Made by a program: the position numbers and the translations under genes. 64,000 nt of DNA, taken from positions 1,038 to 65,037 of IMG/VR virus record IMGVR_UViG_3300040801_003690; one strand, given 5' to 3'. Shown in pieces: positions 29,562-38,988 of the stretch (positions within the stretch are counted from its first letter, which is position 1; every line of letters begins with the position of its first letter). The stretch is from a virus (lineage: Duplodnaviria; Caudoviricetes). Under the pieces are notes generated by a model that saw nothing but the letters and a program-made list of their open reading frames with translations, was not told the DNA's origin and did not search any database.

Positions 29562-30608
29562 TTAATCCTCTCTTTTTATGGGCTTTACTCGCAAGCCCCG
29601 TAACTTGTGGTGTTCTTTTTTTACGGAAGCATTGCCAGTTAAATTTATACTGCCATTACTAACCACGCTAATATCAATCGCATCATCGTTGTTGGAACTA
29701 ATAGAATTTATATCATATGTCAAATTGCTACTATTCAAAGATGATCGATTTTCTTCATCGTTTGTTATATTTTTTTTTTCAAGGGATCCGTCATGATCCT
29801 TTTCATTTTCTATATTTAGATTTTTTGAGTGATCTGGTGTATCTTTTTTTTTAGAAGAGAGATCCATAAAACTTTGATTAGCAGCAATGAGCATCCACAC
29901 CGCCAGAGGATCAAAAACGAATATTAAAATCAAAATAAGAATTCTAACCGCTTTCTCTAAGTCTGTTGCCGTGGGGCTTTCTTCCAAAAGAGCAGCGATA
30001 TATTTTATGGGACCAACTTCGGTTTCATATGCCCTAACTTCCCCCTCTAATTTAAATTTTTGATCCAATAAATTATCTATGCTTTCCTCGGAAGAATCAA
30101 TAATAGAAGATAATTCCTCTCTCTGTGCCCGTTGCTGCTGTCTTACCGCTCTAGCACCATCTGGACCACTAATTTTATCGTAGTCTATTAATGTGTTGAT
30201 AGTTTCATCTAGTTGATCGATGAGAATTTGGGCGTCATTGATTTCTTTTTGTTCTCTTTCTATACGCTGTTCTATTCGAACAATTCGAGCAGAATTATCC
30301 GCAATGGGCGCACCCTGTTCAACGTGTGCCTTTGATAATAGTCCAAAAATGCCAATGCTTGTGATTAGCATTAAAAATGCTACTAAAAACACCCCAACTC
30401 CCTTGAACACAAGGGTAGATTCGGACCAAGATTGTTTTAGCCACGAAGCCGATACAAATTTACCTGCTTCAAGTACCGCTCCCATCGCCAATGCGTGGAC
30501 TTGTAACCCAGAAAAAATAGCCATTAAGCCTATGATAGAGAACCACGCTGCCGTGGTTCCTATCGCAAGTGCTGTCACTAATGTAAGAATAGCAAGTATC
30601 CATTTCAT
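29562..30608 (-). CDS. Membrane protein (several TMs - coiled coil - TM)
   Basis: Hydrophobic N-terminal helices, long heptad region, 'IFVFDPLAV'; late motif at 30614-30621 places start at ATG 30608. Confidence 0.75.
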   Translation of the reverse strand: MKWILAILTLVTALAIGTTAAWFSIIGLMAIFSGLQVHALAMGAVLEAGKFVSASWLKQSWSESTLVFKGVGVFLVAFLMLITSIGIFGLLSKAHVEQGAPIADNSARIVRIEQRIEREQKEINDAQILIDQLDETINTLIDYDKISGPDGARAVRQQQRAQREELSSIIDSSEESIDNLLDQKFKLEGEVRAYETEVGPIKYIAALLEESPTATDLEKAVRILILILIFVFDPLAVWMLIAANQSFMDLSSKKKDTPDHSKNLNIENEKDHDGSLEKKNITNDEENRSSLNSSNLTYDINSISSNNDDAIDISVVSNGSINLTGNASVKKEHHKLRGLRVKPIKRED

Positions 30609-30619
30609 TAATATATTTA

Positions 30620-30985
30620 TCAAATGGGGGGGCGCTTAGTGCCCCAATCTATGTACATGTCGTATGCAGTTCTATTTTTTTCATCCAAATGTTCGATCAT
30701 ATGTTTAAGGTACATCTTAAGATCAGCAAGCTCTGCTGTATAAGAACGAATTTCTATTTGCTGCGCTTCAATAATATCGGTCAGGCGTTCGATCAGTGCC
30801 AATATTGAAAACTCACTATTCGCTTGTTCATTCTGCCCACCAGAAGACATTTTTTCATAAACCGTGGCATCTTCGAGCAATTTACTCAACTTAGATGTTG
30901 GGTTATCCATCTCTGACAACAAAAATTCCAGTTGTCTGAATTTTAAAATCACTTCCTCGGTAACTAATTGGTTATACGTATTCAT
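30620..30985 (-). CDS. Coiled-coil hypothetical protein (121 aa)
   Basis: GAGG SD; operon order. Confidence 0.6.
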   Translation of the reverse strand: MNTYNQLVTEEVILKFRQLEFLLSEMDNPTSKLSKLLEDATVYEKMSSGGQNEQANSEFSILALIERLTDIIEAQQIEIRSYTAELADLKMYLKHMIEHLDEKNRTAYDMYIDWGTKRPPI

Positions 30986-30997
30986 GTTATCACTACC

Positions 30998-31900
30998 TCA
31001 TACAGCCATTGGTACTTTGGGTAATTGTGGATGGGGATTATAATCAATTATTTCAATATCATCCCATTCCAAATCTAAATAAGTGTCTTCTGTTACTTTC
31101 TTCTTAAACCTCAACGTTGGCAAAGCTCTAGGCTCGCGCTTAATCTGTAATTTAGCGTTTTCCAACTGGTTAGTATATAAGTGAACATCTCCTCCCATAT
31201 AAACTAATTCCCCAGACTTAACCCCCACTATTTCAGCAAACAGACGATTCAAGAACGCATATGATGCAATATTAAACGGCAAGCCTAAATAAACATCATT
31301 TGATCTCATATAAAACATGCTGTTCAACTTACCATCCATAATCTGATATTGATGCATTACGTGACAGGGTGGGAGAGCAGATTCACCAAGTTGCTGTGGA
31401 TTCCACGCTGTTATCAAGTGTCGCCTTGAGTCCGGATCATCACGTAACCCTCTTATTACTTGCTCTACCTGATCCACCCCACGCGAAGGATAATAACTGG
31501 TTAGTTGTCTGAAAGGGGATTCAAAATTCATTTTGAAAATTTCATCTTCTGTGTACCCTCCAAAATGCCTCCATTGCCAACCGTATCCTTTGCCCATGTC
31601 CCCCTCGGGTAAATAATCTAATCCACGATTATCTAAAAATTCTCGGGTAGTATTTCCGGTCCAAATTTTAATATTTTTTTCTTCTAATTTCTTAGTGTCG
31701 GTTTCGCCTCTAAGAAAAAACATAGTTTCTTCAAAAGCAATTCGAAAGGGTACTGGTCGTGTCGTGAGTAGAGGGAACGTATCCGAAAGATCAAAACGCA
31801 AGGTTCGGCCCCAGACAGCCTTGGTACCAACACCAGTCCTATCTTTCTTCTCATACCCATTTTCTAATATGTCGTTAAGTAAATCCGTGTAATTTTTCAT
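30998..31900 (-). CDS. thyA: Thymidylate synthase
   Basis: DRTGVGT, YGWQWR, ALPPCH, RSNDVYLGLPFNIASY, DVHLY; start at ATG 31900. Confidence 0.97.
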   Translation of the reverse strand: MKNYTDLLNDILENGYEKKDRTGVGTKAVWGRTLRFDLSDTFPLLTTRPVPFRIAFEETMFFLRGETDTKKLEEKNIKIWTGNTTREFLDNRGLDYLPEGDMGKGYGWQWRHFGGYTEDEIFKMNFESPFRQLTSYYPSRGVDQVEQVIRGLRDDPDSRRHLITAWNPQQLGESALPPCHVMHQYQIMDGKLNSMFYMRSNDVYLGLPFNIASYAFLNRLFAEIVGVKSGELVYMGGDVHLYTNQLENAKLQIKREPRALPTLRFKKKVTEDTYLDLEWDDIEIIDYNPHPQLPKVPMAV

Positions 31901-31906
31901 TGCTAT

Positions 31907-31935
31907 ATTATACCAATTTTTATAAAAAAAATCAA
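31907..31935 (-). promoter_or_regulatory. Sigma70-type promoter, leaderless thyA
   Basis: TTGATT-17 bp-TATAAT with extended TG, 6 nt before ATG. Confidence 0.75.
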
Positions 31936-31968
31936 CAAACTTCCGGCATATAAAAAATAAATACATTC

Positions 31969-32313
31969 ATGAATAAATTAACTTTAGATGTTGCAATTTC
32001 TCCTGTCTTTAAAAAGGCATTTCAATCATTACTAGATAAGGAAGTTCCGTTACAGACTGCCATTAATCTAATTAACATCAGTAACGCAGTTAACGAAGAA
32101 TATGCTAAGTTTGAAAAAGCTCAAGAAAAAATCTTAGAAAAGGCTTCAGATGAAGAAAACCAAGATAAGATTGAGGCTAAAATAAAGAAGTTGCTGGGAA
32201 CCACCATTGATGTTCCCGGCGTGACCTTAAACGAACTCAACGGTATAAAAATATCGGCTAATGATTTATCAGTCTTGGCGCAATGTATAATTTCACAACC
32301 TAAACAAAACTAG
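31969..32313 (+). CDS. Hypothetical protein (114 aa), helical
   Basis: Fills gap on + strand; AATAAATA just upstream. Confidence 0.65.
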   Translation: MNKLTLDVAISPVFKKAFQSLLDKEVPLQTAINLINISNAVNEEYAKFEKAQEKILEKASDEENQDKIEAKIKKLLGTTIDVPGVTLNELNGIKISANDLSVLAQCIISQPKQN

Positions 32314-32395
32314 ACATCGGCAATGCCCCACTACGATGTCGTGAAAAGCATGGCTATTTAACTTTTCTAATACCCACCAACACTGCCAAAAAATT

Positions 32396-33655
32396 TCATT
32401 CTATACCGGCTTCGGGCCAGCGTCCTTTTATGACGTCTCTGGCATACAAGTATGCCCATTCGGGATCTTTCGCAATAAAAGGCTCTGCTTCGGGGAAACG
32501 CCCTTTTATGTGGTATCTGGCATACACGTATGCCCATTCGGGATCTTTCGCAATAACAGGTTCTACTTCAGGCCAACGTCCTTCCATGACGTCTCTGGCA
32601 TACACGTATGCCCATTCGGGATCTTTCGCAATAAAAGGCTCTGCTTCAGGAAAACGCCCTTTTATGACGTCTTTGGCATACCAGTATGCCAACTGGGGAT
32701 CTCTCGCAATAGCAGATTCTGCTTCAGGAAAACGCCCTTTTATGGCGATTTTGGCATAATAGAATGCCCAGAGGGGATCTTTCGCAATAACAGGTTCTGC
32801 TTCGGGGAAACGTCTTTTTATGACGTATCTGGCATACCGGTATGCCCATTCGGGGGCTTTAGCAATAACAGGTTCTGCTTCAGGCCAGCGTCCTTTTATG
32901 ACGTCTCTGGCATACACGTATGCCCATTCGGGATCTTTCGCAATAAAAGGTTCTGCTATGGCTTCAAAATACCACCTAGCAGTAGGATAGTTCTTTTTCA
33001 GTGCAGGTACATCGGCTGGGTTGTTATTTTCGTTGCTAAATTCGAAGACATCTGCGTCATCTGAAACAAAAAATTGATATTTCCGTCCGTCTTTGGCCAA
33101 AAATATATATACCTCTCCTCTCGAATTATAGTCATTGAAATAATTTTTGGATTCAGTAGCAGCAGTACACCACTTGGTCCCTTTGCCATAATAACATGAT
33201 GCCGCCTCGGTTTTGACGTGTATCAAGATGCCATCGCTGCCTTTCTTAACTACATCGATTCCTTCATGCTTCGTTTGTATTTTCTGCTGTCGCTTGCTTG
33301 TTACGTCAACTGCGGTACCCACCGCAGTACTTAAATCAGCTAGAGATGGATATTGATTGATGTCTTTTTTATCAAGAGATCGCTGTTTCTCAACGAATTG
33401 ACTCAAGGTATTTTTGACATCAGGTGCATCTTCTACCTTAAAATCTCCTTTCAAGTACCGCTTGACTACCCATTGCAATAATTTGTTATTAGGTGTTGGG
33501 TCCATTTCAGATAAATCACGAACAACTGCTTCTGCCGTGTCGTCAGAGGGCGTGTAAAATTGGTCTTCTTTGGCTTTTTTCAGTAGCTTATCGCTGTATT
33601 GATTTGCCAAGTAATTAATCTTATCTTCTAATAGGATGTATTCTGTTAGTTTCAT
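32396..33655 (-). CDS. Late protein with 'YGKGTKWC' domain and C-terminal 26-aa tandem repeats (419 aa)
   Basis: Late motif at 33686-33693; MKLTEYILLE N-terminus; 7 repeats of IAKDPEWAYVYARDVIKGRWPEAEP. Confidence 0.8.
   Translation of the reverse strand: MKLTEYILLEDKINYLANQYSDKLLKKAKEDQFYTPSDDTAEAVVRDLSEMDPTPNNKLLQWVVKRYLKGDFKVEDAPDVKNTLSQFVEKQRSLDKKDINQYPSLADLSTAVGTAVDVTSKRQQKIQTKHEGIDVVKKGSDGILIHVKTEAASCYYGKGTKWCTAATESKNYFNDYNSRGEVYIFLAKDGRKYQFFVSDDADVFEFSNENNNPADVPALKKNYPTARWYFEAIAEPFIAKDPEWAYVYARDVIKGRWPEAEPVIAKAPEWAYRYARYVIKRRFPEAEPVIAKDPLWAFYYAKIAIKGRFPEAESAIARDPQLAYWYAKDVIKGRFPEAEPFIAKDPEWAYVYARDVMEGRWPEVEPVIAKDPEWAYVYARYHIKGRFPEAEPFIAKDPEWAYLYARDVIKGRWPEAGIE
32409..32954. repeat. 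Coding tandem repeat, 7 x 78 bp
   Basis: Unit gcttcgggccagcgtccttttatgacgtctctggcatac...tatgcccattcgggatctttcgcaataa recurs every 78 bp. Confidence 0.95.
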
Positions 33656-33703
33656 TTAACAACAACCTTGACTATCCATATGTGTTATTTATCTACATAT
33701 CTT

Positions 33704-34519
33704 CTAACAGTCTGGATAGATCTTTATGTCATTAACAGATAAAACCAAATTCTCTTGAAAGTTTGGGTTGATTTCGTTGGGGGCATACCCACGCGGATTA
33801 CACACGACTGTCTTGCCATATACGTCTTCTAGATATACCGAGTCATGCATGTGACCGTGTATCCAGACATCAAACTCATATTGTCTGAATAAATGTTCTA
33901 GATTGCTATGAAACGCGCAGTTAAGTGGGTGACCACGAAACTTCTCCGAGACACATGCTGGCAATGGTGCATGATGTGTGACAACGACGGTTTTTCCATC
34001 AAATGACTTTTTTAATACCATTTCTATAAAATTCACCGACACGGCATGTTCGTTTTTGGTATCAAGGGGAGTCAGGCGTCGGTAATTATCCTCGTCATCT
34101 TCAAACAAAATAATACTATAATCCGATATTCCGCTAGCCACTTTGAACCCCACGTAAGCGTCTGCCTCCATAAGATCAGTCCATAACGTGGCCCCAATAA
34201 ACCTTACATCACCAAGGATCACCGTATCGTTGTCCAATACATACCAATTATCTATCTTATCGGCTTCTTTTTTCCAAAACCTACGGATGAAATTTATTTC
34301 TCCGTGGTAAAATTCGTGATTACCCAGAACATACACGACGTTCATAAACCGTTCACAAAGACACTTAAACCAAGGCAATGATTCAGTGCCTACGGCAATG
34401 TCTCCAGCTAAAACGAGGGTTGTTCGTGAGTCTTCTGGTGTAACTGATACATCAAAAGGTTTAAACTCTGTGTGGAGATCACTAAGAATTCTGATATTCA
34501 TATATCTAGCTCTGTGCAT
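33704..34519 (-). CDS. Calcineurin-like metallophosphoesterase
   Basis: SDLH, AGD, GNHE, THHAP, HGHMH, NPRGY; start may be ATG 34501. Confidence 0.92.
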   Translation of the reverse strand: MHRARYMNIRILSDLHTEFKPFDVSVTPEDSRTTLVLAGDIAVGTESLPWFKCLCERFMNVVYVLGNHEFYHGEINFIRRFWKKEADKIDNWYVLDNDTVILGDVRFIGATLWTDLMEADAYVGFKVASGISDYSIILFEDDEDNYRRLTPLDTKNEHAVSVNFIEMVLKKSFDGKTVVVTHHAPLPACVSEKFRGHPLNCAFHSNLEHLFRQYEFDVWIHGHMHDSVYLEDVYGKTVVCNPRGYAPNEINPNFQENLVLSVNDIKIYPDC

Positions 34520-34524
34520 TAGTT

Positions 34525-34564
34525 GAGGCCAACGAGTATACCACGCGTTGGCCTCTCACGTCAA
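34525..34564 (-). promoter_or_regulatory. Sigma70-type promoter with -10 enclosed by an inverted repeat
   Basis: TTGACG-18 bp-TATACT; GAGGCCAACG/CGTTGGCCTC arms. Confidence 0.6.
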
Positions 34565-34578
34565 GACTAATGCTTTTT

Positions 34579-34758
34579 TTATTTCTTCTGCGAAATGTCC
34601 GGTGAAGTTGAAACAAATTCGTTTAACCGTTCAGCGACCTCGATGATTTCCTTGACATCGGGATTCCCCGGATCATTAACTTTACTGCGGTTTGTAGTAC
34701 AAATAGTGTATGCCAGAGATAACAAATCTGATCTGACTTCATATGCTGTTTTACCCAT
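34579..34758 (-). CDS. Small protein missed by the ORF track (59 aa, MGKTAYEVRSDLLSLAY...EVAERLNEFVS)
   Basis: Manual translation; AGGG SD; CTAAATA late-like motif upstream; fills intergenic gap. Confidence 0.7.
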   Translation of the reverse strand: MGKTAYEVRSDLLSLAYTICTTNRSKVNDPGNPDVKEIIEVAERLNEFVSTSPDISQKK

Positions 34759-34816
34759 TATTTAATACCCTAAAATATTTTATATTATTTAGTAAAATTA
34801 GACAAAAACATCTAAT

Positions 34817-35155
34817 TTACGATTTTTGTATTTTGTGGGGATTTCCAGATACTATCTCAATCCCCGTTGTCAATCTAGTATACTCTACCTTGGAGTCTTC
34901 ATTGCACCTGTAAGCAGAAATTATGTGTTTTTTGTCTATTGGAATATTAACCCTTACTGTAGTGTCTTGATCGATCACAAAAGAGAATGGGAACCAAGCT
35001 GGACCACGTTCCGTTAAATGAACCTTGAATGGGCGATTTAGAACAATTTCATTGTCGTATATTTCGACTATCTCCCCAACAATCTCATCCCCCGAATCTA
35101 AAGCAAATGCCATTACATCGCCAACATCATAGTTTGTTTGTTTATTTTTTAACAT
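34817..35155 (-). CDS. Small beta-barrel (Sm-like) phage protein
   Basis: 'L.SGDEIVGEI...IVL.RPF...Y...TTGI' pattern. Confidence 0.6.
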   Translation of the reverse strand: MLKNKQTNYDVGDVMAFALDSGDEIVGEIVEIYDNEIVLNRPFKVHLTERGPAWFPFSFVIDQDTTVRVNIPIDKKHIISAYRCNEDSKVEYTRLTTGIEIVSGNPHKIQKS

Positions 35156-35190
35156 TATGTATTTTCCTGTGTGTTTATTGTTTTATAAAA

Positions 35191-37434
35191 CTAAAAATTT
35201 ACTTCGCATGCTCCCCCAACACAAGATGCCGAGGCCAACGTATCCACCTCGATATAATTGGGACTCAGGTTGGTTTCGTTCCAATCAATCTTACGTAAGT
35301 GTCGCATAATATGAACCCATTTGTGATAGTTGTGAATATCCTTCAGGCAATGCGTCATTTGCCCAACATCGCCATCAAAATAATTGTCGGCAAATTTTAT
35401 TGATCGTCTTACCCAATCTTGTTGTTGGAAATTAACTTCTCCGTAATCATCGGGATCTGGTGGAAATAAAACCTTATCACAGGCTTCCCACAAGTTGTTG
35501 TTAAATGCATACATACCATCAACAATTAGACCCGATGCAAACAGAGCCGCATCTCCGTAAAACTCTAATAGCTGTTCTTTAGAAAACACCTCGGTAAATG
35601 GTGCTTGAGCATAGGCTTTGTCTCCCATTATACCCAAAAGACTAATGCCAGCAAAATATTTTCTGTTTTCATAGATATAATCCGCCACTTCATCCCAATC
35701 ACTGACTTGGATCGTATTAGATACGTTGTGGCGAGTGTCTGGGTGTACGCACAATTCTCTATTAGTACCATATTCCACCCAATTTTGCTGCGTCAATTTA
35801 ACTAATTCGAGCTGTTTAACTCCGACTAAATCACGCTTAAATAACGAATCATCTTTAGCTACCACTGGAATTGAAAATATCCAATCAGTTCCATTGGCGT
35901 TCCAAACACTTTCTTCAACCGCGCAGGGGTTGTGTTCAGCAAATATCTTGGCAATTTCATTATCTTTGTTCATCTGCATGTTCCTGAAATACATCGGAGC
36001 ATGTTCTCCGTGAATTCCAGACGCGGTTGATAACAACACCGATGCATTGCCACTGGGCTTAACACAAGTAGTACGAGCCGCCTGATTAATTCTAATCATG
36101 TCAGCAACACGCTTGTTGGTGGCCTTTACAATTTCGGCACCTTTGCGTTGAACTTCTGGATCAAAAAGAACATCAGGATTATTTGTCCATCCAGTAACAC
36201 TTACTCCAATTAAAGCTTCTCTTTCAAAAATCTTTTTGGATGCTTTGCTAACATATTTAAAATTGGTATACCCTGCCTGTAAAGTCCCCATAATAGATGC
36301 AGCTTCACATGCCGCATAGAATTTTTCCGGGGTAGTACAGAGGCTTCCGTTAATTTCAACTAAGTTGCAACCTTCAGCACCAGACTCCCCCTCTTCTGTT
36401 TGGGGGTACATGCCGATTTCCACACAAGGATTGTAAACTATGTCTTCTGATTCTGTAAACACAAAACCCGGCTCACCATATTCTCTTACACTTTCCATAA
36501 TATTGTCGAACTGTTCTTTGGTAACACGATCTCTAATGAGGACAGCAGAGTTATTGCTACGCGCTCTTTGGGGGTTAGTTGCTAACCAATTGCCGGTCTT
36601 GGCTGTAAGCATTTCCTGATCATAGTGGCTAAAGAGACATATAGTGGCTGAACGCCTAACACCACCGCTCAAAACGGCGTTAGACATGTGCATGACGATA
36701 TCGTAAGCAATGATACTTGAGAATTTGGCATTTTGCTTTCGTCCAACATGGGCATTCAAAAGCTCTTCAATCTTTCCGATTGAATTTCTTAGACCATCTG
36801 GACCGGGAGCTTTGAAACCTCCCGAAATCTTTGAACCTTTGGGACGAATCTTACTATAATCGAATGCTACGTGGTGTCCCTGATATTCCGGGAATGGCAC
36901 TTCTCCGGTGGCATAGCTGCTTATCAATACCCCAATTGCATCTGACCACCCCTCGATGCTATCCGGTATAACAAACGTCTTTGCTTTTTTCTCACGCGCC
37001 CTCAGTGGCGGCAATTTATTCACATGTTTTCTCTGGACCGAAAACCCTACGCCGCACCCACACAACAACCAGTACATGCATTCCTGAAAAAATTCCACTC
37101 GATCAACGTATGCCGAAACACAATTAAACATTTTAGCTTCATGTTTGAGCATAGGTGCCCCGCCAAATTGCAACGCTCTTTGCGATCCCAGTATTTCTTT
37201 ATTCAAATATGCCTTTTTCGCAATTTCAAACTCTTTATTTAATTCATCATTACCGTCGAGCACTTTTTTGTATTTCGTACGATGCATATTCATCACACGT
37301 TCAACACTGTCCTCCCAATTTTCTACTCTTTCTTCTTCCTCGATGTATCTTGCGTAATCTGTATAAAATTTTATTTCTGATGCTAGTTGGCTCCCATCGT
37401 AAAGGTGGGTAGTGGCGGGGTTTTTCTTGGACAC
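35191..37434 (-). CDS. nrdJ: Class II (adenosylcobalamin-dependent, monomeric RTPR-type) ribonucleotide reductase
   Basis: FNC, GCGVGFS, GGVRRSA, RARSNNS, NPCVEI, CNL.E, TCVKPSG, C-terminal CVGGAC; GTG start with AAGGAG. Confidence 0.85.
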   Translation of the reverse strand: MSKKNPATTHLYDGSQLASEIKFYTDYARYIEEEERVENWEDSVERVMNMHRTKYKKVLDGNDELNKEFEIAKKAYLNKEILGSQRALQFGGAPMLKHEAKMFNCVSAYVDRVEFFQECMYWLLCGCGVGFSVQRKHVNKLPPLRAREKKAKTFVIPDSIEGWSDAIGVLISSYATGEVPFPEYQGHHVAFDYSKIRPKGSKISGGFKAPGPDGLRNSIGKIEELLNAHVGRKQNAKFSSIIAYDIVMHMSNAVLSGGVRRSATICLFSHYDQEMLTAKTGNWLATNPQRARSNNSAVLIRDRVTKEQFDNIMESVREYGEPGFVFTESEDIVYNPCVEIGMYPQTEEGESGAEGCNLVEINGSLCTTPEKFYAACEAASIMGTLQAGYTNFKYVSKASKKIFEREALIGVSVTGWTNNPDVLFDPEVQRKGAEIVKATNKRVADMIRINQAARTTCVKPSGNASVLLSTASGIHGEHAPMYFRNMQMNKDNEIAKIFAEHNPCAVEESVWNANGTDWIFSIPVVAKDDSLFKRDLVGVKQLELVKLTQQNWVEYGTNRELCVHPDTRHNVSNTIQVSDWDEVADYIYENRKYFAGISLLGIMGDKAYAQAPFTEVFSKEQLLEFYGDAALFASGLIVDGMYAFNNNLWEACDKVLFPPDPDDYGEVNFQQQDWVRRSIKFADNYFDGDVGQMTHCLKDIHNYHKWVHIMRHLRKIDWNETNLSPNYIEVDTLASASCVGGACEVNF

Positions 37435-37449
37435 TTTCTTTTCTTCTCC

Positions 37450-37890
37450 TTAATTAATATTTTTTATCTGTTTTTTAGGGTATATGTTGACAATTTTTAG
37501 TTCATCGTCTATGCTTATGACGTCCCCATAAGCTACATTGAGTACATATTTATTTTCTACTACTGGAACAATATATTCACCTACAATGTCATCAATATGG
37601 TATATCTGTATTTCTTGATCAAATGAATCCAACAAATCTAGTGTGTAGAACATCATAAGACTTATTGTATTCTCACAAAATAAATTATAATTTAGAATCT
37701 CCCATGGGGTTGGCCACGTATCGGGGTTATAAAAATCTAAACTTCTAGCTCCGCGAGGAGCATTAGCCCAAAATTGAGCTACTTTACGCACAATATCTTT
37801 GTTACTCAGCTTATCACTGTCCAAAGTAAGTCGAAATTCGCGCCAACGCAAGATTCGGTCCTCAGGACGAAGACTGTTCCAATCTTGCAT
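37450..37890 (-). CDS. Phage hypothetical protein (146 aa)
   Basis: 'WPTPWEIL....FC' pattern; operon order. Confidence 0.65.
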   Translation of the reverse strand: MQDWNSLRPEDRILRWREFRLTLDSDKLSNKDIVRKVAQFWANAPRGARSLDFYNPDTWPTPWEILNYNLFCENTISLMMFYTLDLLDSFDQEIQIYHIDDIVGEYIVPVVENKYVLNVAYGDVISIDDELKIVNIYPKKQIKNIN

Positions 37891-37893
37891 TTA

Positions 37894-38907
37894 TTAAAAA
37901 CTAAGCCAACGTCTTGAAACCGCTTTGAACGTCACATCCATCGGAAAATCATGCTTATACTGAAGCTTCACTGTGTTCGAACTTATCGTTGGCATAAATT
38001 CTATGCTTCCTGCGACCGGTGCCGGATCTTCGCTGCGGGTAAACTCATTGACATGGGTAACCACCTGAGGTGCTTCTATTGCAGACATTTTAATTGTACC
38101 AGTCATATGTACATAATTGGTCGTATCATCCCCGTAAACACTGTATTCTAAATGAAACGTATCTGCATCAGACACGTTATATTCCAAACCTAAGCCAGTA
38201 AAGTCAACGTACCCAACACTGGCTGGCAATACATACTCTGCTGGCTCGTAAACCAAATCGGTTATTGCAACAGAATTGTCTGTAATAATTTCTATATTCA
38301 GATTAGTTGTTGCTATCCCTACTGGGTCATTTAGGTTGTTCAGAAGCGCAGACAAAATATTAGCTATGTCGTGGGTGGTTGTAGAAAACGTTCCATCCGA
38401 ATCTATAGTAACTGAAAGCTGTGAGGCCACAATACCGCTATATGCTGCGGCATCGTTGATATCAGTAATATATGCTTCGGCTCCAGTGGTTGGGGAAGAT
38501 CCAGACGAAGCCTGCAAGGCACTTAATCCAACATAAACTTTAGCATTATCTTCGTCGTAGAAAATATTACCTACTTCAACTGCCGATTCAGTGGGGGTTA
38601 TGATGGGATTTACTGTCGGGAAATTAGCGGAATCTGCCATGAAGATTGTAGAAAAATTGGTAAAATCAAAATCTACATCTCCGGCTACATTTATTTCCAG
38701 TATTTGTTCATCTAAAATCGTCTGTGCGGTGTTGATTAACCCGTTATATATTTTAACTCCGGAAGCAACACCCGTTCCTTCGTCGGAACCAATAAATAAT
38801 CTACCAACATCCATACACCATCCCAGTTCGCCCGGTCGCAGTGGTTGTGGTAAATCAACTAAATTTCCTCTTCTGTGTTGTATGCGTGAAACGATTAAGT
38901 CTGTCAT
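37894..38907 (-). CDS. Virion structural protein with tropism-determinant-type N-terminal module
   Basis: RIQHRRG...LRPGELGW..D..RLFIG; CATAAATA at 38934-38941. Confidence 0.7.
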   Translation of the reverse strand: MTDLIVSRIQHRRGNLVDLPQPLRPGELGWCMDVGRLFIGSDEGTGVASGVKIYNGLINTAQTILDEQILEINVAGDVDFDFTNFSTIFMADSANFPTVNPIITPTESAVEVGNIFYDEDNAKVYVGLSALQASSGSSPTTGAEAYITDINDAAAYSGIVASQLSVTIDSDGTFSTTTHDIANILSALLNNLNDPVGIATTNLNIEIITDNSVAITDLVYEPAEYVLPASVGYVDFTGLGLEYNVSDADTFHLEYSVYGDDTTNYVHMTGTIKMSAIEAPQVVTHVNEFTRSEDPAPVAGSIEFMPTISSNTVKLQYKHDFPMDVTFKAVSRRWLSF

Positions 38908-38988
38908 GGGATGAATTTTCCTTGTTTTAAACTTATTTATGTGTTCTCTATTTAGCGTTATACTGCGTGATAATGGAACAAAGTTTTC

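Noticed and set aside
32312-32395. tRNA or ncRNA in this intergenic gap
   Set aside because: Only a weak 7-bp stem (GACATCG/CGATGTC), with no cloverleaf or T-loop motif.
32409-32954. 78-bp repeats as a CRISPR array or DGR template/variable repeat
   Set aside because: Units are contiguous with no unique spacers, stay in frame inside a CDS, vary at non-adenine positions, and no cas or reverse transcriptase gene is in the window.
30998-37434. Introns or inteins in thyA or nrdJ (common insertion sites)
   Set aside because: Both read as uninterrupted ORFs of normal length with no homing-endonuclease motifs.
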